A stretch of 19,381 nt of DNA from a virus (Duplodnaviria > Heunggongvirae > Uroviricota > Caudoviricetes). A program made the translations under genes and the position numbers. The number at the start of each line of letters is the position of its first letter. Within the stretch, counting starts at the first letter, position 1. The notes below the pieces were generated by a model. That model was not told the DNA's origin. It did no database searches and was given only the letters and a program-made list of their open reading frames with translations. Below are positions 6,772-15,442 of the stretch, piece by piece. The DNA lies in IMG/VR virus record IMGVR_UViG_2861069343_000003, positions 1 through 19,381 of that record, one strand, 5' to 3'.

Positions 6772-9700
6772 TCAGCTAATCGTGATACCTGCTGTGGATT
6801 TCTTCATCACCACAACCAGCAAATCACTGATACTGGCTGTGGGATACCAGTCATTTACCAGCCACGCTGATACCGAAAACTCCAGCGTCATGTGACCGCG
6901 ACCAGCAGGCATATCAATAACACCTGTATAAACCAGCGTATTATCCAGCGCGGTACGGTTATAAATTTCAGCACCGTTTTTCTTCACTATCAGGCGGCAT
7001 GACGAATAAATATCGTTATTCTCCCGCTCATGTTTAGCGCCACGAAACGCCACCGCGGGAATAACAATCTGCCGGTCAAACGGCTGATCGTCATAAACCC
7101 TGACGGTAATGGTCCCTGATGGCCACCGCTCCGGTGCACGGGAGTCCCGGGGGAAAGCTTTGCCCACTGTTTTAACGAGATCGCCTTCAATCTGGTTCGC
7201 AGACAGTTTTCCCAGAACCCGACAGTTTTCATTTATCGTGACATTGTTGAGCGTCCCGGCGTTCGCATTCACACTGCCACTGATATCCGCATTTTTCGCC
7301 GTCAGTCGCCCGTCCGGTGTAAGGGAAAATACCGGAGGATTACCGCCGCTGGTAATGGTGGGAGCCGTCAGATATTTCAGGAACACTTCGTTCATGAATA
7401 TCTGATCGCCCTGACCAACAAACATCGGCTTTGTGTTGCCATTCGCAGGATTAATCATCGCAATCCTGTCTGCCGCCAGCAGCACCTGACTCTGCATGCC
7501 GTCAGGGGTGTTCTCAATACCGGCACCAATACCCGCGATATAAAGGCGTCCGTCCTGCATCTGCTGCAGCTTCACAGCCCACATGCTGTTCAGGTTATTA
7601 TTTGTATCAACCTGAACCTTCTGTATCTGCTGAATTGCCGCACTCTGGTCTTCCAGTTTCTTATTGACGGTCTGTGTGATTTCATTGCTGACATCCGTAA
7701 TGGATGTCCTGATTTCAGCCAGGTCAGGCGCAAGCTGACCGTTATCAATCTGCGTCCACAGCTCCTGAGCCAGATGGGTTTTCCCTATCTCGCCTTTGAA
7801 AAAATCCAGATAGCCGGATGCGTCATCACTCGGCTGACCAACAGCCTCCACGAATGCCGATTTGCCAACGGTGTTCACACTGCGAACGTAAAAATAATAA
7901 TTATGGCCCGGTTTGATATTGATACTGGCGGCTATCCAGTACAACGCCGTACCAAGATAGCGTGCTGTGGTTTCAACCTGCCTGATATCCGCAATCCGCT
8001 TTTCCGAGAACCAGAACTCAAACTGTACCGTCGGATCATAAACCGCAAGATGCGGCGTGGCGGTTATCTGAAAATAGCCCGGCGTCAGCTCAATCCGCGA
8101 CGGCGCTGCCGGTGCGGCAATCCGGAACGATACCGACGCCGGATCGCCCTGCTGCCCCCACGCATTTACTGCCCGGACTGTCAGCCTGTAGTTCCCCAGA
8201 GCCAGTTGTGTGAAGCGGTAAGTGGTTTCCGTCGTCCGGGCCGTGCTGACCAGCCGCTCACTGCCGTCATCCGCTGCCACGGTCAGGCGAAGCAGGAAGC
8301 TCACGCCCTTCACCACCTTCGGCGTGTCCCAGCGGGCCAGCACCTGGTATTCCCCGCTGTCTGCGGTGACTTCTGCGGTCAGATGCTGCACTGCTGGCGG
8401 CGTGACACCATTCACCGTGCCGCTCTGGTCGCCGTCAAAGTGCGCCCCGTTATCCACGATGGCCTCTTTTTCCGGTACATGCTGCACGGCAGTGATGGCA
8501 TACGTGCCGTCATCGTTCTCACGGATACTCACGCAGCGGAACAGGCGCTGGCGCAGCGTCGGCAGCTTCAGCCCCCACACGCTGTACTCGGCAACGCCGT
8601 CAGGAAGCCGGCTCACTTTCACCTTCACGCCGTCGGTGATGGACTGGACCTCCACGCTGACCGGATTGCCACTTCCGTCAACCAGGCTTATCAGCGTGGT
8701 ACCGGAGGATGGCAGCGTGATTTCACGGTCGAGCGTCAGCGTCCGGGTCTGGCTGTTCACCGCCAGCACGCGCCCGCCGGTGCTGATACCGGCATAGTCA
8801 TCATCGCAGATTTCAATGACATCGCCCGGTACATGGCGAAGCCCTTCAGCACCCACGCTGAAGTCCACGGTCTGCGTTTCCAGCAGCTCCGTTTTAATCA
8901 GCCACAGCCCGGCGCGGTGCGCCTGCCCCCGACTGGTACAGCCAAACGCATCCATCTTCGTGACGTTACGACCATAACGGGCAATGGCCTGCGAGTCCTC
9001 CACAAGCTCTGTTGCCGTCTCCCAGCCGTTATCCGGGTCAATCCAGTTCACTTCAACGGCATTATGGCGGTCTTTCAGGGCGCTGAAGCTGTAGCGGAAT
9101 GGTGCGCCATCATCCGGCATCACCACATTACTGCGGTTATAGGTCCACACCTTATCCGATGGTCGGTCCTGCACGAACGTCAGCGTCTGCCCGTTCCATA
9201 CCGGCATACAGCGCATCGCCGAGCAGAAATCACTGAGCACATCCCACGCCTTACGTTGTGTGGTCAGGTAAGCGTTACAGGTGATGCGCGGCTCCGTACC
9301 GCCAAAGCCGTCCGGCACCGACTGGTCGCAATTCTGGCCGATGACATACAGCGCCCATTTGTCCACATCCGCCGCACCGAGACGTTTCCCCATGCCGTAG
9401 CGCGGGTGGGTCAGCATATCCCACAGACACCAGGCCATGTTGTTGCTGTATGACGGTTTAAACGTCCCGTCCCAGATACCGCTGTATTGCCGCGTCTGCG
9501 GGTTATAATTCGACGGCACCTGCAGAATACGCCCGCGAAGATGATAATTACGGCTCACCTGCTGGCTGCCGAACTGCTCCGAATCCACCTGTACGCCGAC
9601 CAGTGCCGTGTTCGGGTAGCACTGTTTCACATCGATGATTTCGGTGTATGACGACCAGAGCGTTTTGTTCTGCAGCTGGTCTGTGGTGCTGTCCGGCGTC

Positions 9701-10251
9701 ATCCTGCGCATCCGGATGTTGAACGGGCGCGGCGGCAGATTATCCACCACTACCGAGGCCAGATACTGCGAGGTGGTTTTGCCCTTAATGGTGATGTCTT
9801 TTTCCGTCACCCAGCCACCGTTACGCTGTATCTGAACCAGCAGGCGGACTTCCGACGGATTCCGGTCCCCCTTTGAAGTGGTTTCCACCAGTGCCTGCAC
9901 ACCGAAGGTAAAGCGCAGACGGTCAATGTTTGCCGACGTGATGGTCCGGGTGATCGGCGTGTCGTATTTCACTTCCGTGCCCAGTACCGTCTCGGAACCT
10001 GATGATTCAAATCCCTCCGGCGGTGTCTGTTCCTGCTCACCTGCCCGGAACACCACCGTGACACCGGAGATGTTAGTATTCCCCTCACTGTCCAGCACCG
10101 GTGTACTGTTCAGCAGCACGCTTTTTAATCCATCCACCGGACCTTCAACCGGCCCTTCGCTGATGGCATCGATCACACTCAGCAACTGCGTGGACTTCAG
10201 GTTGTCCTTTGCTTCGCGCGGGGTATGCCCCTTACTGCTGCCTTTACCCAT
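6772..10251 (-). CDS. J: Tail tip/central fibre host-specificity protein J (1159 aa)
   Basis: The size, position (after I, before lom) and sequence character are lambda J-like ([24 protein letters not shown]...; C-terminal ...[20 protein letters not shown]). A strong SD (GTGAGGAATG) precedes the start. Large antisense ORFs inside it, such as 7774..9453, are GC-driven artefacts. Confidence 0.9.
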   Translation of the reverse strand: MGKGSSKGHTPREAKDNLKSTQLLSVIDAISEGPVEGPVDGLKSVLLNSTPVLDSEGNTNISGVTVVFRAGEQEQTPPEGFESSGSETVLGTEVKYDTPITRTITSANIDRLRFTFGVQALVETTSKGDRNPSEVRLLVQIQRNGGWVTEKDITIKGKTTSQYLASVVVDNLPPRPFNIRMRRMTPDSTTDQLQNKTLWSSYTEIIDVKQCYPNTALVGVQVDSEQFGSQQVSRNYHLRGRILQVPSNYNPQTRQYSGIWDGTFKPSYSNNMAWCLWDMLTHPRYGMGKRLGAADVDKWALYVIGQNCDQSVPDGFGGTEPRITCNAYLTTQRKAWDVLSDFCSAMRCMPVWNGQTLTFVQDRPSDKVWTYNRSNVVMPDDGAPFRYSFSALKDRHNAVEVNWIDPDNGWETATELVEDSQAIARYGRNVTKMDAFGCTSRGQAHRAGLWLIKTELLETQTVDFSVGAEGLRHVPGDVIEICDDDYAGISTGGRVLAVNSQTRTLTLDREITLPSSGTTLISLVDGSGNPVSVEVQSITDGVKVKVSRLPDGVAEYSVWGLKLPTLRQRLFRCVSIRENDDGTYAITAVQHVPEKEAIVDNGAHFDGDQSGTVNGVTPPAVQHLTAEVTADSGEYQVLARWDTPKVVKGVSFLLRLTVAADDGSERLVSTARTTETTYRFTQLALGNYRLTVRAVNAWGQQGDPASVSFRIAAPAAPSRIELTPGYFQITATPHLAVYDPTVQFEFWFSEKRIADIRQVETTARYLGTALYWIAASINIKPGHNYYFYVRSVNTVGKSAFVEAVGQPSDDASGYLDFFKGEIGKTHLAQELWTQIDNGQLAPDLAEIRTSITDVSNEITQTVNKKLEDQSAAIQQIQKVQVDTNNNLNSMWAVKLQQMQDGRLYIAGIGAGIENTPDGMQSQVLLAADRIAMINPANGNTKPMFVGQGDQIFMNEVFLKYLTAPTITSGGNPPVFSLTPDGRLTAKNADISGSVNANAGTLNNVTINENCRVLGKLSANQIEGDLVKTVGKAFPRDSRAPERWPSGTITVRVYDDQPFDRQIVIPAVAFRGAKHERENNDIYSSCRLIVKKNGAEIYNRTALDNTLVYTGVIDMPAGRGHMTLEFSVSAWLVNDWYPTASISDLLVVVMKKSTAGITIS

Positions 10252-10273
10252 TCCTCACGCCCCATAAACGATA

Positions 10274-10293
10274 AAACCGCCCGGAGGCGGTTT
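10274..10293 (-). other. Stable GC hairpin in the I–J intergenic spacer, immediately upstream of the J ribosome-binding site
   Basis: The plus strand reads AAACCGCC-cgga-GGCGGTTT (8-bp stem). On the minus strand it is followed by TATCGTTTATGGGGCGTGAGGAATG, the J SD and start. Confidence 0.4.
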
Positions 10294-10311
10294 CACATAA
10301 AACGTTTTTCA

Positions 10312-10953
10312 TCAGCGACCAATCACCACAACCTGACCACCGTCCCCTTCGTCTGCCGTGCTGATCTCCTGAGAAACCACGCGTGATCCCACGCGCATTT
10401 CACCGTACAGAACGGGCAGAACATTGCCCTGGGCAACCATATTATCCAGTGAAGAAAAATAGGTGTTCTGTTTGCCGTTATCCGTTGTCTGTGTGCGGGG
10501 GGTTTTGGGTTTAGGGGCCAGCATCTGTGCAACACCGCCAAGCGTCATACTGGCACCGAGAGAAAACAGCAGATTACTCGCCATAATTCCTACCCCCGGC
10601 ATCCATATAGCAACCGCCATAACAGCCGCCCCCAGCACAGCCTGAAACACACCGCCACTTTTGGCTCCTGCCAGACGCGGCACGATATGGATCACAGCAC
10701 CATTTGCCAGCGGTTCATTAAGACGGGCTGATAATTCCGTTTCACCTGTATCACGCCCGGCAATGCGTACCTGATACCAGCCGTCGCTCAGCTTCTGACG
10801 AAACGCCGGGAGCTGTGTGGCCAGTGCCCGGATGGCTTCAGCCCCCGTTTTCACACGCAGATCGATGCGGCGGCCAAATCGTTGTAAATCCCCGTAAAGG
10901 CAGATGCGCGCCATGCCCGGTGACGCCAGAGGGAGTGTGTGCGTCGCTGCCAT
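10312..10953 (-). CDS. I: Tail assembly protein I
   Basis: The 213-aa ORF MAATHTLPLASPGMARICLYGDLQRFGRRIDLRVKTGAEAIRALATQLPAFRQKLSDGWYQVRIAGRD...GDGGQVVVIGR is lambda gpI-like (ubiquitin-like N-domain plus hydrophobic Gly/Ala-rich middle). It overlaps the K 3' end, as is typical for this cluster. The true start may be the internal MARICLYG. Confidence 0.85.
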   Translation of the reverse strand: MAATHTLPLASPGMARICLYGDLQRFGRRIDLRVKTGAEAIRALATQLPAFRQKLSDGWYQVRIAGRDTGETELSARLNEPLANGAVIHIVPRLAGAKSGGVFQAVLGAAVMAVAIWMPGVGIMASNLLFSLGASMTLGGVAQMLAPKPKTPRTQTTDNGKQNTYFSSLDNMVAQGNVLPVLYGEMRVGSRVVSQEISTADEGDGGQVVVIGR

Positions 10954-11594
10954 TTGTCGGTATACCTCTCTCGTTTGCTCAGTTGTTCAGGAATATGGTG
11001 CAGCAGCTCGCCGTCGCCGCAGTAAATTGCGGCGTGATTCGGCACCGATGAACCAAAACAGCACAGCAGCACATCGCCCGGCTGTGCCGCTGACAACGGC
11101 ACCTGATACAGCCCCGTCGCCTCCAGATTATCCAGATAGAGATTCTGGCCGTTACGCCACCAGTCATCCTCACGATGAAAGTCCGGCATCTCAATCCCCG
11201 CCAGATGATAAGCATCCCGGAACAGTGTGTAACAGTCCGTCACACCGTGCTCAAAGCGCCGCCCGGTGAGATGCGGCACACAGCGGAACTTATGAATCGT
11301 CCCCCGGCAGACCAGCCACCACGGCAAATCACTCTGCACCTGCAGCCGCCGGTCGGCCTCACTCAGCCAGGGCAGACCACCGGGGTGGCTGTGGACCAGC
11401 GCCACAATCTCACCCTGCATTTCTGCCTGCAGCCAGTCTTCCGGCGACATACGGAAATACGCCTCCGGCTCACCGGAGATATTCACGCAGGGGAAATATC
11501 TTTCCCCCTCCGGCGTGCTTACCACGAAGCCGCACGACTCCGCTGGCGCACATCGCCGGGCGTGCGCCAGAATCGCTGATTCTGTCTGTGTCAT
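10851..11594 (-). CDS. K: Tail assembly protein K (N-terminal JAMM/MPN metalloprotease-like domain plus C-terminal NlpC/P60 domain)
   Basis: The 247-aa ORF starts MTQTESAILAHARRCAPAESCGFVV... It contains the JAMM motif EIVALVHSHPGG and a downstream Cys/His papain-like region (GVTDCYTLFRDAYHLAG ... HHIPEQL). It is lambda gpK-like. Confidence 0.85.
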   Translation of the reverse strand: MTQTESAILAHARRCAPAESCGFVVSTPEGERYFPCVNISGEPEAYFRMSPEDWLQAEMQGEIVALVHSHPGGLPWLSEADRRLQVQSDLPWWLVCRGTIHKFRCVPHLTGRRFEHGVTDCYTLFRDAYHLAGIEMPDFHREDDWWRNGQNLYLDNLEATGLYQVPLSAAQPGDVLLCCFGSSVPNHAAIYCGDGELLHHIPEQLSKRERYTDKWQRRTHSLWRHRAWRASAFTGIYNDLAAASICV

Positions 11595-11599
11595 GGGAT

Positions 11600-12085
11600 T
11601 TACTGCGAAAGTTTGTTAATGGAAAGGAAGCCGCCAAAGTTGCCGACGTTATTGCGGAACTTACAACCGCTCAGGCATTTGCTGCATTTATCCTTCGTGA
11701 TATCGGACGTTGGCTGGTCATATTCATCCGCGACAGCCGGACCGCTATAACCGCACTCGTCACCGCGATAGGTCCAGGTGCAGGTGTTGGCCAGCATGAT
11801 ACGTCCCGGAAAAACAGCGCCATCCGTTTCCGTCGGCGTGGACAGTACAAAGGAGGCACTCACCGCGCTCAGTTCGCTGCACTGCTCAATGCGCCAGCGG
11901 CTGATCACCTCCTGCTCCGGATCGGCATAACTGTTTCCGTTGACGAAGTTCACCGCATCCAGAAAACGGGCGTAAACATTACGCCGGACCACCGTTCCGC
12001 CGACCAGACTCTGCATATCTTCCGCCATCCCGGTGACCATACCGTACAGGTTAGAAACCGTCAGCGTGGGGCGCGTACCGCTCTT
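11600..12085 (-). pseudogene. L: Minor tail protein L, 5'-truncated remnant. Only the C-terminal ~160 codons are present and there is no start codon in homologous context.
   Basis: The frame reads ...KKSGTRPTLTVSNLYGMVTGMAEDMQSLVGGTVVRRNVYARFLDAVNFVNG...FGGFLSINKLSQ*. It matches lambda gpL from its TRPTLTVSNLYGM region to the C-terminus. Upstream of ~12085 the frame hits a stop (plus-strand 12107–12109) and L similarity ends. The first in-frame ATG is at 12040. Confidence 0.75.
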
Positions 12086-12225
12086 TTTACAAAACAGAGA
12101 AGAGCATCACCGGACGACGGGCTCATAACCCAATCCATCCGGGCGGCAGTCACCGCAGGTGTTCTTCTCTGTTTTGTGGAGAAACCAACCGACCTTGCAG
12201 GGTCGATATGATGGGGAGCAGCAAA

Positions 12226-12588
12226 ATGGCTAGCGAACGCAGTACTGATGTGCAGGCATTTATCGGGGAGCTGGACGGCGGCGTATTTGAAACCAAAATC
12301 GGCGCAGTTCTCAGTGAAGTCGCTTCCGGTGTGATGAACACGAAAACCAAAGGTAAGGTCTCGCTCAACCTGGAAATCGAACCGTTTGATGAGAACCGTG
12401 TGAAAATCAAACACAAACTCTCATATGTTCGCCCGACTAACCGCGGGAAAATTTCCGAAGAAGACACCACCGAAACGCCGATGTATGTCAATCGCGGTGG
12501 TCGCCTGACTATTCTGCAGGAAGACCAGGGACAATTACTGACTCTTGCCGGTGAACCTGACGGAAAACTCCGCGCAGCAGGTCATTAA
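12226..12588 (+). CDS. yfdP: YfdP-like prophage protein (KplE1/CPS-53-type early region)
   Basis: The ORF 12208..12588 is 126 aa. The likely start is 12226 (MASERSTDVQAFIGELDGG...), 8 nt after a GGGAG SD, giving 120 aa. It is the first gene of a co-directional block whose sizes (120/274/178/120) and order match yfdP-yfdQ-yfdR-yfdS of E. coli K-12 CPS-53. This is recalled from memory, not searched. Confidence 0.6.
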   Translation: MASERSTDVQAFIGELDGGVFETKIGAVLSEVASGVMNTKTKGKVSLNLEIEPFDENRVKIKHKLSYVRPTNRGKISEEDTTETPMYVNRGGRLTILQEDQGQLLTLAGEPDGKLRAAGH

Positions 12589-12653
12589 TATCGTTCTTAA
12601 TTAACTGATTATTTATCTCATCACTGAATATCTTTATATAGTGAGGACTTATT

Positions 12654-13478
12654 ATGTCTCAGAACTTAGACGCAACCGCAATTAATCAAATCCATGCCCT
12701 TATTTCTGCTCAGGGTGTTAATGAAATTATCAGTAAAATTGGTGCCGATGCTGTGGCATTGCCTGAGAATTTCCGCATTCATGATCTGGAAAAATTTAAT
12801 TTAAATCGCTTCCGTTTCCGTGGTGCGCTTTCCACTGCCAGCATCGATGACTTTACCCGTTATTCTAAAGATCTTGCAGATGAAGGCACCCGCTGCTTTA
12901 TCGATGCTGATAATATGCGAGCCGTCAGTGTGCTTAACCTGGGTACTATTGATGAACCAGGTCACGCAGATAACACCGCCACTCTCAAACTGAAAAAGAC
13001 AGCACCGTTCTCTGCCCTGTTGTCTGTTAACGGCGAGCGTAACTCCCAGAAGTCACTGGCAGAATGGATTGAAGACTGGGCCGACTACCTTGTGGGCTTT
13101 GATGCTAATGGTGACGCCATTCAGGCAACAAAAGCGGCTGCGGCGGTCCGTAAAATCACGATTGAAGCAAACCAGACCGCTGATTTTGAAGACAATGACT
13201 TCAGCGGCAAACGCTCTCTGATGGAGTCTGTCGAAGCGAAAACCAAAGACATTATGCCAGTAGCATTTGAGTTTAAATGCGTTCCATTTGAAGGCCTGAA
13301 AGAACGTCCGTTTAAATTACGCCTCAGCATTATCACTGGTGATCGCCCTGTACTGGTTCTGCGCATTATTCAGCTGGAAGCAGTACAGGAAGAAATGGCT
13401 AACGAATTTCGTGATCTGCTTGTTGAAAAATTCAAAGACAGCAAAGTAGAAACCTTTATTGGTACTTTCACCGCCTGA
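12654..13478 (+). CDS. yfdQ: YfdQ-like prophage protein (DUF2303 family), 274 aa
   Basis: The sequence is [57 protein letters not shown]...[10 protein letters not shown]. The SD GAGGAC lies upstream. Size and position match yfdQ in the KplE1-type module. Confidence 0.65.
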   Translation: MSQNLDATAINQIHALISAQGVNEIISKIGADAVALPENFRIHDLEKFNLNRFRFRGALSTASIDDFTRYSKDLADEGTRCFIDADNMRAVSVLNLGTIDEPGHADNTATLKLKKTAPFSALLSVNGERNSQKSLAEWIEDWADYLVGFDANGDAIQATKAAAAVRKITIEANQTADFEDNDFSGKRSLMESVEAKTKDIMPVAFEFKCVPFEGLKERPFKLRLSIITGDRPVLVLRIIQLEAVQEEMANEFRDLLVEKFKDSKVETFIGTFTA

Positions 13479-13605
13479 TTTCATTACTGCAAATGCCCCT
13501 GCGGGGGCATTTATGGAAACGTAATTAACTCAATAATCGCCTGATGGCGAGGGTTTTCTTTAACCAAAATTCAGCGCGGTGCAGCGCATATACGTGGAGA
13601 ACAAA

Positions 13606-14142
13606 ATGTCATTTATTAAAACTTTTTCCGGGAAGCATTTTTATTATGACAGGATAAATAAAGACGACATCGATATTAACGATATCGCGGTTTCCCTTTC
13701 AAATATCTGTCGCTTTGCCGGTCATCTTTCGCACTTCTACAGCGTCGCCCAACATGCGGTTCTTTGCAGCCAGCTGGTGCCGCAGGAATTTGCTTTTGAA
13801 GCGTTAATGCATGATGCAACAGAAGCGTATTGCCAGGACATTCCCGCACCACTGAAACGCCTTCTTCCTGACTATAAACGGATGGAAGAAAAAATAGACG
13901 CCGTAATCCGTGAGAAATACGGGTTACCCCCGGTTATGAGCACGCCAGTGAAATATGCCGATCTCATCATGCTGGCAACCGAACGCCGCGATCTCGGACT
14001 TGATGATGGCTCTTTCTGGCCTGTACTGGAAGGTATCCCGGCAACAGAGATGTTCAAAGTGATTCCACTGGCTCCAGGCCATGCCTACGGGATGTTTATG
14101 GAACGTTTTAACGAGTTATCGGAGTTACGCAAATGCGCATGA
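13606..14142 (+). CDS. yfdR: YfdR-like HD-domain phosphohydrolase (5'-deoxynucleotidase family), 178 aa
   Basis: The sequence is MSFIKTFSGKHFYYDRINKDDIDINDIAVSLSNICRFAGHLSHFYSVAQHAVLCSQLV...ALMHDATEAYCQDIP with H...H...HD metal-binding motifs. A GGAGA SD lies 7 nt before ATG 13606. The track ORF begins at 13579, but the internal start gives the 178-aa size of K-12 YfdR. Confidence 0.7.
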   Translation: MSFIKTFSGKHFYYDRINKDDIDINDIAVSLSNICRFAGHLSHFYSVAQHAVLCSQLVPQEFAFEALMHDATEAYCQDIPAPLKRLLPDYKRMEEKIDAVIREKYGLPPVMSTPVKYADLIMLATERRDLGLDDGSFWPVLEGIPATEMFKVIPLAPGHAYGMFMERFNELSELRKCA

Positions 14143-14495
14143 ATGTTTTCGAAATGGAAGGGTTTCTTCGCGGGAAATGTGTACCGCGAGATCTGAAAGT
14201 GAACGAAACAAATGCTGAGTACCTGGTACGTAAATTCGATGCGCTTGAAGCTAAATGTGCGGCACTGGAAAACAAAATAATACCAGTGTCAGCTGAACTA
14301 CCACCAGCAAATGAAAGTGTTCTGTTATTTGATGCTAACGGAGAAGGCTGGCTGATTGGCTGGCGTTCTCTCTGGTACACCTGGGGACAAAAAGAAACCG
14401 GAGAATGGCAGTGGACATTTCAGGTCGGGGACATTGAAAGCGTCAATATCACTCACTGGGCAGTAATGCCAAAAGCACCGGAGGCTGGAGCATAA
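14133..14495 (+). CDS. yfdS: YfdS-like prophage protein with a DUF551-like C-terminus, 120 aa
   Basis: Its start overlaps the yfdR stop (ATGCGCATGAATG). The C-terminal ...ITHWAVMPKAPE matches the THWxPLP motif of DUF551 phage proteins. Size and order match yfdS. Confidence 0.6.
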   Translation: MRMNVFEMEGFLRGKCVPRDLKVNETNAEYLVRKFDALEAKCAALENKIIPVSAELPPANESVLLFDANGEGWLIGWRSLWYTWGQKETGEWQWTFQVGDIESVNITHWAVMPKAPEAGA

Positions 14496-15115
14496 TGACC
14501 ACATTTACCGATAAAGAACTGATTAAAGAAATCAAAGAGCGTATCAGCAGCCTGGAGGTTCGAGACGATATTGAGCGCCGTGCTTATGAAATTGCTCTGG
14601 CATCGCTGGAAGAGGAGCCGGTGGCATGGCTACATTCAGACAATGGCTTAGGTATTCCAGCAATAACCAGGAGTAAAAACATTGCTGACAGTTGGTTATC
14701 AAAGGGCTGGTATGTTCAGCCGCTATATATAGCCAAGCCAGTGCCGGTGGTGCCAGATGCTCGTCCGACTTTAAATAATGGCATAGTCGGTTTTGATGAA
14801 GGCTGGAACGCCTGCCGCACCACCATGCTTCACGGTGTCAAACCTGTAAGCCAGACTTACAAGTTGAACAAGCTGTCTGACAACTCTCCGGTAACTCCGG
14901 ATGGTTGGATAAGCTGTAGTGAGCGAATGCCGAACGATAAACAATATGTTTGGTGTTGGGGTAAGTCTTACGGCTGGACTGAGTGCGATACCTTCGAAGG
15001 GTATTACGATTGTTCGAGAAACAAATGGTGGGCAGTTACTGACGATGGGGAAGAACCGGCATTGAAAGTAACCCACTGGATGCCGCTACCGGAGCCACCG
15101 CAGGAGGTGAAGTAA
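14495..15115 (+). CDS. yfdT: YfdT-like prophage protein (full-length form, 206 aa) with a C-terminal DUF551-like domain
   Basis: ATGA start/stop overlap with the previous gene. The C-terminal ...ALKVTHWMPLPEPPQEVK is the DUF551 signature. The position corresponds to yfdT in KplE1. Confidence 0.55.
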   Translation: MTTFTDKELIKEIKERISSLEVRDDIERRAYEIALASLEEEPVAWLHSDNGLGIPAITRSKNIADSWLSKGWYVQPLYIAKPVPVVPDARPTLNNGIVGFDEGWNACRTTMLHGVKPVSQTYKLNKLSDNSPVTPDGWISCSERMPNDKQYVWCWGKSYGWTECDTFEGYYDCSRNKWWAVTDDGEEPALKVTHWMPLPEPPQEVK

Positions 15116-15309
15116 TGAACAACTTAATGACAACTAAACAAGTCGCCGACTTCTGTGGCGTTTCAGTATCGACAGTTCTTCGCTGGAACAGCGTAAACAG
15201 GAGAACTGGCCAGAAATATAGGCCTGACTTTCCAGATCCTGATATTAAATCCTGCCCCAATAAATGGGCATCACACAAGATATACAGGTTTGCGGGAGTT
15301 ATTGAGTAA
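15115..15309 (+). CDS. Small winged-helix/HTH DNA-binding protein of the Xis/AlpA/TorI excisionase-regulator family
   Basis: The 64-aa ORF has an HTH at TTKQVADFCGVSVSTVLRW. It is the last gene of the yfd block, exactly where torI sits in KplE1 (recalled from memory, not searched). It overlaps the previous stop (TAATGA). Confidence 0.6.
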   Translation: MNNLMTTKQVADFCGVSVSTVLRWNSVNRRTGQKYRPDFPDPDIKSCPNKWASHKIYRFAGVIE

Positions 15310-15323
15310 TACGTATTAGTTCA

Positions 15324-15389
15324 GATGTGAGCTAACACATCTATGGCACAGAGCTAAACCTAATCTGACTGTCTACTCTGTGCCATAAG
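15324..15389. terminator. Pair of hairpins between the convergent torI-like gene and the 870-aa gene. They are likely bidirectional terminators and/or part of a prophage-end attachment region.
   Basis: GATGTG-agctaa-CACATC lies at 15324–15341. The perfect 12-bp inverted repeat TATGGCACAGAG ... CTCTGTGCCATA lies at 15342–15353 and 15376–15387. They sit in the 133-bp AT-rich spacer between the two stop codons. Confidence 0.4.
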
Positions 15390-15442
15390 TGGATGTTAAT
15401 TACTTCTTGGTATTTTAATGGTTGGATAGCTTATCAAGATTA

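Noticed and set aside
7774-9453. 559-aa plus-strand ORF (and 8222..8797) antisense to J
   Set aside because: A long open frame in GC-rich antisense DNA. The protein is Arg/Pro/His-rich nonsense. J on the other strand is clearly the real gene.
11588-12211. 207-aa plus-strand ORF, and minus-strand ORFs 12061..12414 and 12150..12491
   Set aside because: They lie antisense to or out of frame with the L remnant, or across the junction spacer. They have no RBS or start context and unconvincing composition. They overlap the well-supported yfdP-like start.
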